From contig CAZIZX010000001.1 in assembly GCA_964544275.1 (NCBI GenBank), forward strand, positions 1-45,642: a DNA stretch of 45,642 bases, read 5' to 3'. The DNA is from an uncultured Gammaproteobacteria bacterium. Lineage in GTDB: Bacteria; Patescibacteriota; Microgenomatia; UBA12405. How positions within the stretch are numbered: the first letter of the stretch is position 1; each line of letters begins with the position of its first letter. The notes beneath the pieces were generated by a model. The model searched no databases, was not told the DNA's origin, and worked only from the letters and a program-made list of their open reading frames with translations. This document shows, one piece after another, positions 34,168 to 44,506 of the stretch. A program made the position numbers and the translations under genes.

Positions 34168-35749
34168 GCGGCGCAGTGTTTCCAGACTTATTTTAGCCAT
34201 TCTTGCCTTACTTGCTTTTATAACCCGATTTTACAAACTTGATTGGGGAGAAGGTTTCTTCTTTCACCCGGACGAACTTAATATGGCTGTTGCCGTTACC
34301 AGAATGTCACCACTCGATTTCGATCCCCGCTTTTATGCTTATGGCCAATTTCCCCTGTTTCTGACTTATTTTTCCGTCCAAATCTCTAAATTTTTCAGCC
34401 ATGAACCCATTTCTTTATCCCAAGCTGTTATTGGCCTCAGATTTTGGTCGGCCATATTTTCCCTCATTTCTGTCTATATATTTTTTCACATTGGCAAAAA
34501 TCTGTTCAAAAAATCTGTTTACCCGCTTATATTCACCTTTTTAATAATATTCACCCCAGGACTGATACAATTATCCCACTTTGGTACAACCGAGTCGTTA
34601 CTGATCCTTATCTTTGCTGCCAATATCCTGATTTCTCTCAAACTCATCAACAAAAATAAATTAAATTATAAATTGATTTTTGTAGCTTCAGCCCTCAGTG
34701 GTGTCGCCATCAGTACCAAAATCAGTTCACTTATCTTAACCGGACCGATTTTTTTATCATTTTTATTAATTTTCCTGAAAAAAAAGAAATTGGCAGCATT
34801 TTTTAAACCTTTTCTAATTTTTACCACCTTAAGTTTATTATTCTCCATCCTCTCTTCCCCTTACAATTTAAAAAATATAAACGATTATCGTTCAACTCTA
34901 AGTTACGAAACAGCAGTTGCTCTGGGTAGCACTCAAGTCTTTTATACCAATCAATTTAGAAACACCACTCCTTATTTATTCCAGCTTATTCGGATATTTC
35001 CTTACACTCAAGGTTTATTGATATTGCCGTTGTCAGCCCTGGGATTATTTTTCTTATTCAAAAAAATCGACCCAAAATGGTCACTTGTATTGATACCCAG
35101 CCTGGTCTACTTTCTGTATTTTGGTCAAATTTATGTCAAATGGACCCGCTTTATGTCGCCTGTCTTTTTTATTTTTCCTCTGTTGGCTACTTACTTTTTT
35201 AGTGTTCAAAAAAATTACAAACTGACATCATTTCTTATTATGGTTTCAGCTGTTCCCGGTCTTTATTTCTTTAAATCTTATTTTCAACCGGACACCCGTT
35301 TGCAGGCAAACAATTGGCTAATTCAAAATATTCCACCTGAAGTCAACATTTTGTCAGAGTCAGGCAATATCGTCAACTTACCTCACTCAGATCACCGGTA
35401 TCATGTCAATAATTTTGACTTTTACACACTTGAAGACAACCCGCTTCAGTTAGACACCTTGGCCAGAGAAATTCGCCTGTCTGACTATATCATTGTCCCC
35501 TCCAGACGTGTCTTCAAAAACCAGACAGGAACTGATTTTCCGATCAGTCACCGTTACTATTCTCACCTGTTTTCCGGCGGTTTGGGATTTTCCAAAATAA
35601 AACAGTTTGAACACGACAATTCTTTCCTCCTCGATCCCGAAAAAGCCGAAGAAACCTGGTCGGTTTTTGACAATCCGACTGTTCGGATCTTCAAAAAAAC
35701 CAATTCCCTGCCGTTGGAACAATATCAACAAACTCTTGGAGGTTTATGA
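34157..35749 (+). CDS. GT-C fold glycosyltransferase
   Basis: LDWGEGFFFHPDE after TM1, FYAYGQFP, HFGTTE, KWTRFMSP. Confidence 0.8.
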   Translation: MFFKRRSVSRLILAILALLAFITRFYKLDWGEGFFFHPDELNMAVAVTRMSPLDFDPRFYAYGQFPLFLTYFSVQISKFFSHEPISLSQAVIGLRFWSAIFSLISVYIFFHIGKNLFKKSVYPLIFTFLIIFTPGLIQLSHFGTTESLLILIFAANILISLKLINKNKLNYKLIFVASALSGVAISTKISSLILTGPIFLSFLLIFLKKKKLAAFFKPFLIFTTLSLLFSILSSPYNLKNINDYRSTLSYETAVALGSTQVFYTNQFRNTTPYLFQLIRIFPYTQGLLILPLSALGLFFLFKKIDPKWSLVLIPSLVYFLYFGQIYVKWTRFMSPVFFIFPLLATYFFSVQKNYKLTSFLIMVSAVPGLYFFKSYFQPDTRLQANNWLIQNIPPEVNILSESGNIVNLPHSDHRYHVNNFDFYTLEDNPLQLDTLAREIRLSDYIIVPSRRVFKNQTGTDFPISHRYYSHLFSGGLGFSKIKQFEHDNSFLLDPEKAEETWSVFDNPTVRIFKKTNSLPLEQYQQTLGGL

Positions 35750-37449
35750 AAACCAAAAACAGGATAATACTCGCCTTTGTCTTGGCACTGGCCACCATCC
35801 TCAGGTTTACTGGTTTTAACTGGGACCAAAACCACCACCTCCATCCCGACGAAAGATTTTTGACCATGGTAACTACCTCTATCGAAATTCCTCAATCGTT
35901 GACGCATTACTTTGATCCCAACATTTCCACCATGAATCCCTACAATGTTGGCTACGATTTTTATATCTACGGCACAGTTCCTCTTTACTTAACCAAAATA
36001 ATCGGTAATCTGGTCAACCAAAAAGACTATTCCACCATTCATCTGGTCGGTAGAGCCTTATCGGCCCTATTTGACTTAAGTGTTGTTCTTATTCTTTTCA
36101 AATTAGTCCACCAGTTTTTTAACTTCAAAACTGCCATTTTATCTGCTTTTCTATATGCCCTCATGGTACTCCCCATCCAGCAATCACATTTTTTCACTGT
36201 CGATTCCTTCCTCAACTTCTTTCTTTTTTTAAGCTTTAGCCTACTTGTCTATTTCCTCAAATACCCCAGGCGCTGGCTATATTTAATTGGTTCTGCCTTT
36301 ATTTTTGGTCTTAGCTCAGCCACCAAAATATCATCTCTTTATTTTGCTCCCATTCTCGGACTGATAATTTTATTTAAATATTTATCTTCAAAAGATCAAA
36401 ACCGCCTTAAAATATTTCTGGTAACTGGCCTGATATTTATTATCGTCAGTCTCTTCACACTTCGTTTAACCCAACCTTCGTTTTTCGCCAACGCCAGTTA
36501 TTTGAACTGGCAGATTAACCCCAAGTTCTTGGCCAATATAAAACAACTCGAATCCTTTAATCGACCCCAATCCTGGTTTCCGCCAGCCCTCCAGTGGCAA
36601 GGTACGCTACCGGTAGTGTTTCCGCTCCAAAACATTGTACTTTGGGGCTTGGGTTTACCGTTGGGAATAATATTCTTGGTATCAATTCCAAATTCATTAA
36701 GCTTCATAAAAAAATCGTCACCAAAAGCTCAGGTAATTCCTCGGATTATCACTTTCTTATCAATAGTTTGGATTTTTTTCCTCCTGATTTATCAGGGCAG
36801 CCAATTTTGCAAAACCATGCGCTATTTTTTGCCCCTCTACCCGTTCATTGCCATCATCAGCTCACTCTATCTAAGTCGTTTGCTGCCAAAACACAAAAAC
36901 TTTCTGGTTTTATTATTACTGGTAACTGCAATTTATCCGCTTTCATTTATCTCCATTTATACCCAGCCCACCACTCGGATTACAGCTTCACGTTGGATTT
37001 ATGACCATATCCCCGCCGGCTCTGTTCTAGCCAATGAACATTGGGACGATCCTTTACCTCTTAATTTAAACCAACATTCTTCCTCAATCTATCCCGGAGA
37101 AATGCTATCTCTCTATGATCCTGATTCTGAAGATAAATGGCGAACAATAGCCAACCAATTGGGTCGCTCTGATTATATTATCTTGTCTTCCAACCGCCTC
37201 TATGCCCCGATTGGCCATAATCCCGACCAATATCCTATAGCAACAAAATATTACCAATCCCTTTTTGACGGTTCTCTTGGTTTTCAAAAAGTTGCCCAGT
37301 TTACCTCCTATCCTTGTTTTCCGCCCCTTAGCCGGTCACTCTTTTGTCTAAACGACGACAAATCAGAAGAAGCCTTTACCGTTTATGACCACCCCAAAGT
37401 GATGATTTTCCAAAAAACTAACTCTTTTTCGCCAGAAGTATTATATTAA
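35746..37449 (+). CDS. GT-C fold glycosyltransferase (paralogue of previous)
   Basis: FNWDQNHHLHPDERF, FYIYGTVP, QQSHFFTVD, KTMRYFLP, LANEHWDDPLP. Confidence 0.82.
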   Translation: MKTKNRIILAFVLALATILRFTGFNWDQNHHLHPDERFLTMVTTSIEIPQSLTHYFDPNISTMNPYNVGYDFYIYGTVPLYLTKIIGNLVNQKDYSTIHLVGRALSALFDLSVVLILFKLVHQFFNFKTAILSAFLYALMVLPIQQSHFFTVDSFLNFFLFLSFSLLVYFLKYPRRWLYLIGSAFIFGLSSATKISSLYFAPILGLIILFKYLSSKDQNRLKIFLVTGLIFIIVSLFTLRLTQPSFFANASYLNWQINPKFLANIKQLESFNRPQSWFPPALQWQGTLPVVFPLQNIVLWGLGLPLGIIFLVSIPNSLSFIKKSSPKAQVIPRIITFLSIVWIFFLLIYQGSQFCKTMRYFLPLYPFIAIISSLYLSRLLPKHKNFLVLLLLVTAIYPLSFISIYTQPTTRITASRWIYDHIPAGSVLANEHWDDPLPLNLNQHSSSIYPGEMLSLYDPDSEDKWRTIANQLGRSDYIILSSNRLYAPIGHNPDQYPIATKYYQSLFDGSLGFQKVAQFTSYPCFPPLSRSLFCLNDDKSEEAFTVYDHPKVMIFQKTNSFSPEVLY

Positions 37450-38236
37450 CACTATTTTTTTCACCTTCATCATCACCATTCAATTTATCTATCTTGTTTA
37501 TCGGCCACAGAACTAATCTGCCCCAATAACCTAAATTTATATCTCCGAACCTATCTAACTGCCCAAACAATCCCTTTTCCACTAAATTTTTCCCAATGCC
37601 GTAAAACAGGAAGTGTGACCAGGGCAGGCAGTAGTGCGTCACTGTTCGTACTGAATCAATCACAAAACCCGACTTTTCCACTCGTCCCCGCAAATCATTG
37701 GTGTCATAAAGTCTTTTGTGATCAGCCCAAATACCCGACAACCACCATATATTGCTTGGTAAGTGCTTCCCTGTTGTCTTTTCCAGAATGTAGTTTAACG
37801 GATCCCACAAAAAGGGATAATTTTTATTTGGTACGGTTACAATCAGCCTGCCTCCCGGCTTCAACACTCTAAAAATTTCTCTCAGCGCCTTGCTGTCATC
37901 TTCCACATGCTCCAGTATTTCCGACGCAATTACTTTGTCAAAATAATTATCCTCAAATGGTAATTTACTTACATCCGCCCTGATCAACTTTACCTTACCG
38001 TCTAATTTATCTGCTTTTTTCAAATAATCATTGTTCAAGTCCACTCCCCATATTTTTAATTTGGGAAACAATCTCCCGATTGTATTTACATAAAATCCTC
38101 GCCCGCATCCCACTTCAAGCAGCCTTCTGTCTTTTTTTTCATCGATAGACCCCAAAATCACTGCCGCTCGCCTTTTATATGCCGGGTCAACTTCCTTACT
38201 TAACACATTATCAATTACCGTTAAACACTTTTTCAT
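37418..38236 (-). CDS. class I SAM-dependent methyltransferase
   Basis: LLEVGCGRG, ADVSKLPFEDNYFD, EILEHV, RVLKPGG. Confidence 0.92.
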   Translation of the reverse strand: MKKCLTVIDNVLSKEVDPAYKRRAAVILGSIDEKKDRRLLEVGCGRGFYVNTIGRLFPKLKIWGVDLNNDYLKKADKLDGKVKLIRADVSKLPFEDNYFDKVIASEILEHVEDDSKALREIFRVLKPGGRLIVTVPNKNYPFLWDPLNYILEKTTGKHLPSNIWWLSGIWADHKRLYDTNDLRGRVEKSGFVIDSVRTVTHYCLPWSHFLFYGIGKNLVEKGLFGQLDRFGDINLGYWGRLVLWPINKIDKLNGDDEGEKNSVNIILLAKKS

Positions 38237-39347
38237 AATTACTTATTGTCTTACTATAGTTAAATATTTTTTTAATTTTTGGAAAGTTTTCGATATACAG
38301 CTGTCTGTTCTCAATCACTTTTACTATCCCTTCAGCAATTGCTTCTGGACTTTTAGGTCTCACAATTACGCCCATACCGCTTGTCCTAACCGCCCACCTT
38401 GCTCCGGGAATATTGGTACAAACAGTCGGAATGCCGGACAACAGGGCTTCTATTTGCGAAGAGGGGAAACAATCGCTCTTTGATGGTTGCACTAACACGT
38501 CTAACGACTTATAAAAAACCGCCATCTCTTTCTTGTCGTTTATCAATCCCAAAAGACTGATATTCCTCTCGTATTTTTTAACCAGATGTTCAATTTTCTC
38601 CCAATATCGCTCATAAACAACCTTGTTTTCCCCGACAAAAATAAAATGGGCCTTTGGCAATTTTTTCATTACTAACGGAATTGCCATCAGTAAATATTCC
38701 ACCCCTTTCTCCTCCACAAACCTTCCCGAAAATCCAATCCTTATCTTATTTTTCAATCTATGTTTGCCAATAAATTTTTCCACATCACCCCGACTTATTT
38801 CCGGCAAGTCAAACAGAGGCATGACAACTTTCCACTTATTCCGGAATTTTTTTAACAATTTTGAATGATTAGCATAATCTTGGCTTTGTATAAATATCCC
38901 ATCCGACAATTTCATCGATAGGAAAGTCAAAAAATAATAAAATTTCTCCACCAGGCGGGCAAACAATCCGCTATTATCAGGTAGCACCAAATCTCCATTA
39001 TGCACCAGAAATAATTTTTTGGAAAAAATTTTGCTAACTATACTTACCAACAAAACTTCTTGAAGAGGTAAATAAGCCACCACCGCTTCATTTTTTCTGA
39101 CCAACCTTACTAACTCAATCGGATAAAGGGGAGTAATTACACTTCTGAAAAATTTGAACCAATAAGATAATCTGGTTACGACCACACCGTTCAAAACCTC
39201 GTTTTGTTTCAATTTTTTATCATGCTGACTGCACAAGACACTGACCTTGTGAGATTTACTAGCCAACCCTTCGGCCAATCTAGCTGCGTACTGGGTCAAC
39301 CCGGTCCAGTGAGGCCGGTAATAAGTTAGGGTGAATAATATTTTCAT
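38211..39347 (-). CDS. GT4 family glycosyltransferase
   Basis: MKILF.LTYY.P..TG, FSGRFVEEKG, DVLVQPS..DCFP..QIEA..SG.P. Confidence 0.92.
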   Translation of the reverse strand: MKILFTLTYYRPHWTGLTQYAARLAEGLASKSHKVSVLCSQHDKKLKQNEVLNGVVVTRLSYWFKFFRSVITPLYPIELVRLVRKNEAVVAYLPLQEVLLVSIVSKIFSKKLFLVHNGDLVLPDNSGLFARLVEKFYYFLTFLSMKLSDGIFIQSQDYANHSKLLKKFRNKWKVVMPLFDLPEISRGDVEKFIGKHRLKNKIRIGFSGRFVEEKGVEYLLMAIPLVMKKLPKAHFIFVGENKVVYERYWEKIEHLVKKYERNISLLGLINDKKEMAVFYKSLDVLVQPSKSDCFPSSQIEALLSGIPTVCTNIPGARWAVRTSGMGVIVRPKSPEAIAEGIVKVIENRQLYIENFPKIKKIFNYSKTISNYEKVFNGN

Positions 39348-39861
39348 AATTAACTTTAATAATTTTTGCTGTCAGCTTTTTACTGTTTAAATAATCAATA
39401 ATCAACTGATCATCTTCCAAAAAGTAATCAGCTTTAATCTTTTTTAACAGCGTTTCCTTGTACAAATGAGGTTGTTGGTTTTGTAAGTTCAAATATATTT
39501 TTGAAAATACTTTTTCCAACTTTCTTTTTTTGAGCCAGACATAAGTTTCCTTTTCCAAAAATGAATATCTACTGGACACCACCACCATTGTTGTGTTTTC
39601 CAACTTAGCCATTTTTTTTATCATTTCAATATTTTTCGCAATTGGCGGCCTAAACAAATAAAAATGCGACACCTTTCTTATCAATTGCTCGATTACCGAA
39701 TTCGGATATCTGTAATGAATTTTGTTGCTCCTTCCTCGGAACAGCAGTTCAATCAGTCGCTTTGGTACCAGCAGAGGCTTGTCAATAATCACTCCATCCA
39801 AATCTACAGCTACTAAATATTTTCTCGCCATCTTCTGAATTATAACAGTAAGCAATCCCAT
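39280..39861 (-). CDS. HAD-superfamily hydrolase (5'-nucleotidase-like)
   Basis: VAVDLDGVI motif I, VSSR, FLEDD. Confidence 0.7.
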   Translation of the reverse strand: MGLLTVIIQKMARKYLVAVDLDGVIIDKPLLVPKRLIELLFRGRSNKIHYRYPNSVIEQLIRKVSHFYLFRPPIAKNIEMIKKMAKLENTTMVVVSSRYSFLEKETYVWLKKRKLEKVFSKIYLNLQNQQPHLYKETLLKKIKADYFLEDDQLIIDYLNSKKLTAKIIKVNYENIIHPNLLPASLDRVDPVRS

Positions 39862-39880
39862 ACTTTAGATATAATTAACC

Positions 39881-40468
39881 ATGCACCCTGTTGCTTTTAA
39901 GTTAAAACAATATTTATTTTGGCAACCACCGCTCGATTTATTATCGATCTTATTGACAGCAAAAAGTGGCCGTTTTTTATTTATTATCTTAAATTACTTT
40001 ATTTGGCCCTTTCTCGCTTACCTTTCATTTATCTTAGTAGCTACCAACCCCAATATTTTTTGGCAAATACTATCCGCCTTGGTTTTAAGTGTTTTGATTG
40101 AATATTCCCTCAAATCATTTCTACCCTGGAAAAGACCAATTTCCCAAACCAAAAACGTCTTACCTTTTAAGCTGGAACAGCGATGGGCGCTTCGTGGCAG
40201 TTTCCCATCAGGTCACACCGCCAAAACTTTAATCTATTTTTTGTTTATCATCCAATACCATGTTTTTTCTCCTATAACTTTTTTGCTTATAAACATACCC
40301 TTGATTGCCTCTCGAATTATACTTGGCCTTCATTACCCCATCGATATTCTTGGAGGATTATTAACCGGATGGACAGTTTGGTTAGTTATTCGTTACATTA
40401 CTTTCCCCCCAATCCTAACCAACCTCGTTCGTGATATATTAAACCTAATTTTTAATTATGTTTTCTGA
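39881..40468 (+). CDS. PAP2-family membrane phosphatase
   Basis: K....KRP, SFPSGH, SRIILGLHYPIDILGG. Confidence 0.92.
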   Translation: MHPVAFKLKQYLFWQPPLDLLSILLTAKSGRFLFIILNYFIWPFLAYLSFILVATNPNIFWQILSALVLSVLIEYSLKSFLPWKRPISQTKNVLPFKLEQRWALRGSFPSGHTAKTLIYFLFIIQYHVFSPITFLLINIPLIASRIILGLHYPIDILGGLLTGWTVWLVIRYITFPPILTNLVRDILNLIFNYVF

Positions 40469-42545
40469 TTTAAAATTTATTATTTTCTGGTGGCTTACAA
40501 TATTTCTCGTTTCGGGATTTTCACTGCCTCTCGTATTTTCTATATTTCCTAAATTCTGGGATAAAGGCTATATCTTTGCCAAGATAACTTCTTTAATCAT
40601 CCTGACCTATTCTATTTTTGTTTTTGGTGTTCTAAAAATTCTTCCTTTCACCAATCTTTCAATTATTTTTCTGCTCTTCATTTTTGCTTCCTTAACCGGC
40701 CTATTATTATCACGCAAGAATAGATATAAATTACTTACCAACACTCTAAAATCAAACTGGAAAAAGTTTCTTTTTGAAGAAATATTATTCCTGTCTATTT
40801 TAATGTTCTGGTCATACATTAGAGGTTTCAGCCCCGACATTGAAGGTCTGGAAAAGTTTATGGATTGGGGATTCGTTAATTCTAGTCTCAGGTCTACTTT
40901 TATGCCGCCGACTGATATGTGGTTTTCCGGTCAACCCATAAATTATTATTATTTTGGCCATCTCGTTTTTGCCCTTTTGACCAAGTTGTCAAACATCGAT
41001 AGTGCCATTACTTACAATCTGTCAATTGCCAGTATAACCGCCCTCACCTTTGTTAGCACTTTTTCTATTGCTACTAATTTAATCACCAATTTCTTCAAAA
41101 AAATTTCTTCAAAAAAATTTTTAACCGTTGGATTAATTTCTGCTCTCCTCTTAACCTTTGGTGGCAACCTTCACGCTGTCTACAAAATTACCGCCATAAA
41201 CATAAAGACCAATGGCGATAAACTGGTACTGTCTTCCTCTGCCATCAAAGAAGCGGCCAATTCTTATTGGTATCCTGACGCCACTCGTTTTATTGGATTC
41301 GATCCGGAAACCGATGACAAAACAATCCACGAATTTCCCTCGTATAGCTTTGTTGTTTCCGACCTCCACGGCCACATGAACGGTATCCCAATAGTTCTTT
41401 TCTTTTTGGCCTTTTTATTTTCAATTTCTTTATCACCCCAATCATTCTCTTCCTGGAAATTAATAATCCCTTCGGGCTTTGTTCTTTCCATAGCCTACAT
41501 GACCAACGCTTGGGACATTGCCATCTATGGCTTATTTTTTGGACTTTTCCTCTTTCTGAATAAACTTAAGAAATATGATCTAAAAAATTCAATTACCAAA
41601 ACTTTTTTCAACGGGTTTTTGGTTATAGTTGTCTGGTATCTCTTCACCTTGCCTTTCTCTCTCAACTTTGTACCAATGATGGAAGGAGTTCGGCTGTCTG
41701 ATTCAAGAACTCCCTTTTTTCAGTTATTTATTCTTTACGGAGGTTTCTGGCTAATTTCTTTTCCATTTGTTTTAATTTTTGCCAAGAGTAAATTTAATCT
41801 TAAGAAAATTAATAACTCTGATCTTTTTGTTGCCTGTTTAATTTTTATTGCCACCATTCTAATTCTTATCCCGGAGATCGCTTACATCAAAGACATTTAT
41901 ATTTACGAACACCGCCGCGCCAACACCATGTTTAAGCTGACTTATCAAGCTTTTATCATGTACTCACTTGCCAGTGGCTATATTGTCATCCGTCTGCTAA
42001 ATATTCTAAAAAAAATTCCCAAGATAATTTACTGCTTGGTTTTTGCACTGGTCTTCTCTTGTCATATAATCTATCCTTACTTTGCCATAAATTCTTATTA
42101 CGGAGGCCTGAGGCAGTATAAAGGTTTATGGGGATTGAGTTTTTTAAATAATGTTTATCCGGACAATTACAACGCTATAAAATGGTTAAACGAAAACGTT
42201 GCGGGTCAACCACACATAGTGGAAGCTGTCGGTGACAGCTATACCACCTTCAACCAGGTGTCAATGGCCACAGGACTCCCGACAATCCAGGGCTGGCTTG
42301 TTCACGAATGGCTGTGGCGCGGTGGTTATGATCAACCTGGAGCTCGGGCCGAAGAAGTCAGAATAATTTATGAATCACCCCATGCCTCAGAAGTAAAACC
42401 CCTGCTCATGAAGTATTCCATAAAGTATCTCTTCCTCGGCGACAAAGAATACGAAAAATATCCTAAATTAGACGAAAAGAAATTCGAAGAAATTGGTGGC
42501 CGTATAGTCTTTCAGTCGGGTGATACCAAAATTTATGAATTTTAA
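40458..42545 (+). CDS. DUF2298 / YYY-type multi-pass membrane protein (predicted GT-C-like)
   Basis: EGLEKFMD, DMWFSGQPINYYYFGH, EFPSYSFVVSDLHGH, NAWD, NTMFK, EAVGDSY, TGLPTIQGW..HE..WR. Confidence 0.85.
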   Translation: MFSDLKFIIFWWLTIFLVSGFSLPLVFSIFPKFWDKGYIFAKITSLIILTYSIFVFGVLKILPFTNLSIIFLLFIFASLTGLLLSRKNRYKLLTNTLKSNWKKFLFEEILFLSILMFWSYIRGFSPDIEGLEKFMDWGFVNSSLRSTFMPPTDMWFSGQPINYYYFGHLVFALLTKLSNIDSAITYNLSIASITALTFVSTFSIATNLITNFFKKISSKKFLTVGLISALLLTFGGNLHAVYKITAINIKTNGDKLVLSSSAIKEAANSYWYPDATRFIGFDPETDDKTIHEFPSYSFVVSDLHGHMNGIPIVLFFLAFLFSISLSPQSFSSWKLIIPSGFVLSIAYMTNAWDIAIYGLFFGLFLFLNKLKKYDLKNSITKTFFNGFLVIVVWYLFTLPFSLNFVPMMEGVRLSDSRTPFFQLFILYGGFWLISFPFVLIFAKSKFNLKKINNSDLFVACLIFIATILILIPEIAYIKDIYIYEHRRANTMFKLTYQAFIMYSLASGYIVIRLLNILKKIPKIIYCLVFALVFSCHIIYPYFAINSYYGGLRQYKGLWGLSFLNNVYPDNYNAIKWLNENVAGQPHIVEAVGDSYTTFNQVSMATGLPTIQGWLVHEWLWRGGYDQPGARAEEVRIIYESPHASEVKPLLMKYSIKYLFLGDKEYEKYPKLDEKKFEEIGGRIVFQSGDTKIYEF

Positions 42546-42595
42546 TCTTTCCGCCACTTTCCATTCTTTAAGTTTTTGCGTATATTAAAATACGC

Positions 42596-44497
42596 ATGCG
42601 TGATATTTTAGAGGGGCTAAATCAGGATCAAAAACAGGCAGTCACCCACCAAGGGTCTCCCCTTCTTTTACTGGCTGGTGCCGGTTCAGGCAAAACCCGG
42701 GTTCTTACCCACCGAGCGGCTTTTTTTATCAGAGAAAAACTGGCCCGGCCCGAAGAAGTTCTCCTGCTTACCTTTACCAACAAAGCCGCCGGAGAGATGA
42801 AGCAAAGAATGGGGGATTTAATTGGACAATCAACCAACACTGAATTTCCCCCTAATCAGAATATCTTTGCTGGTACTTTCCATTCTTTTTGTTGTCGAAT
42901 ACTCAGAATTGAAGGGCACCACCTTGGTATTCCGGAAAACTATGTTATTTACGACAGTAACGATCAGGAAAATTTAATCAAATCAATTTTGAATGAAATG
43001 GATTTAAGTAGCAAAGAATTTAAACCAAGCAGTCTTCTTGGTTTTATTGAAGCCTCAAAAAACAAACTTCAATCACCTCAGGATATGATGGCCGAATCTC
43101 ACGGCTTTTGGCAATCATATGCTGCCCAAATTTACGCCAAATACCAATCACTTATGTTTGATTATCATGCTCTCGATTTCAATGATCTTTTGTATAAAAC
43201 CGTTGAATTGTTTTTTAACTATCCAGAAGTTTTGGAAAAATACCAGAAAAAATACAAATTTGTCCTTATCGATGAGTACCAGGACACCAACACCATTCAG
43301 TACAATCTAACCAAACTTATTTCCAGAAAATACAAGCAAATCACCGCTGTTGGCGACGCTTCTCAAGCCATTTATGGTTGGCGAGGTGCCGATTACAGGA
43401 ATCTAGTCAGCTTCACTACTGACTTTCCCGATGCCAAAATTATCAATCTCGAACAAAATTATCGCTCCACCCAAATTATCCTTGACGCTGCCAACTCGGT
43501 TATCTCCAAAAACAGCTCTCACCCGATTCTAAAATTATTTACCAACAAAAAATCAGAAGACAAAATTAAACTATACCAGGCCGAATCGGAACTCAAAGAA
43601 GCCGAATACGTCGCCTCGAAAATTAATTTTATCCACCAAAACCTCCATGTTCCGTACCGTTGTATTGCCGTTTTGTATCGAATGAACGCTCAATCCCGCG
43701 TTTTGGAAGAAGCTTTTCTCAAACGTTCAATTCCTTATGTCTTGATTGGTGGTATTCGCTTTTATGAAAGAGCCGAGATCAAAGATATTTTGGCCATGCT
43801 CCGTTTTGCCAACGATCCGGCAGACAAGATTTCTTCGGAAAGAATCGAAAAGGCTTTGGGAAAGCGACGCTTTGCTGCCTTTAACGAAAAACTCCGCGAT
43901 ATTAATACAAAAAACACCAGCTCTTTACATTTACTGGAATCTTTGGTTGTTTCTTCAGGATACTTGGACAAATTTGACCTCAAGGACGAGGATGATCAGC
44001 GAAAAATTGAAAATATCAGAGAACTTAAGTCCGTTGCCACCAACTTTCCCAAACTAAACGATTTTCTCGAAAATATCGCCTTGGTTCAACAGGAATATTC
44101 CCTTCAGGAAAAAAACAAGAAAAAAGAAAATCGGGATGGAGTTCGTCTGATGACCCTCCATTCCTCTAAAGGATTGGAATTTGAAGTTGTCTTTTTGGTT
44201 GGTTTTGAAGAGGGGATTCTGCCCCACTCCCAAAGCATGATTGAAGAATCGCAGATCGAAGAAGAACGCCGACTATCTTATGTTGGCATCACCCGGGCCA
44301 AAGACTACCTTTTCATCACCTATGCCACTCGCCGCCTCTACTTTGGCAAAAGTAGTCTCAATGAACCCAGCCGTTTTCTTATTGACATTCCCTCCCGCCT
44401 AATCGAACTTGATGAAGCCCCTGATATTGTTCGTGATTATCGTCATTCCCGAAACCAGGATAGCGATGAGTTTATTTACGATCCTGATATATACTAA
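42596..44497 (+). CDS. pcrA: UvrD/PcrA superfamily 1 DNA helicase (compact)
   Basis: AGAGSGKT, LTFTNKAA, LIDEYQDTN, VGDASQAIYGWRGA, LEQNYRS, YRMNAQSR, LMTLHSSKGLEF, EEERRL.YVGITRA. Confidence 0.95.
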   Translation: MRDILEGLNQDQKQAVTHQGSPLLLLAGAGSGKTRVLTHRAAFFIREKLARPEEVLLLTFTNKAAGEMKQRMGDLIGQSTNTEFPPNQNIFAGTFHSFCCRILRIEGHHLGIPENYVIYDSNDQENLIKSILNEMDLSSKEFKPSSLLGFIEASKNKLQSPQDMMAESHGFWQSYAAQIYAKYQSLMFDYHALDFNDLLYKTVELFFNYPEVLEKYQKKYKFVLIDEYQDTNTIQYNLTKLISRKYKQITAVGDASQAIYGWRGADYRNLVSFTTDFPDAKIINLEQNYRSTQIILDAANSVISKNSSHPILKLFTNKKSEDKIKLYQAESELKEAEYVASKINFIHQNLHVPYRCIAVLYRMNAQSRVLEEAFLKRSIPYVLIGGIRFYERAEIKDILAMLRFANDPADKISSERIEKALGKRRFAAFNEKLRDINTKNTSSLHLLESLVVSSGYLDKFDLKDEDDQRKIENIRELKSVATNFPKLNDFLENIALVQQEYSLQEKNKKKENRDGVRLMTLHSSKGLEFEVVFLVGFEEGILPHSQSMIEESQIEEERRLSYVGITRAKDYLFITYATRRLYFGKSSLNEPSRFLIDIPSRLIELDEAPDIVRDYRHSRNQDSDEFIYDPDIY

Positions 44498-44506
44498 ATC
44501 TAACAC

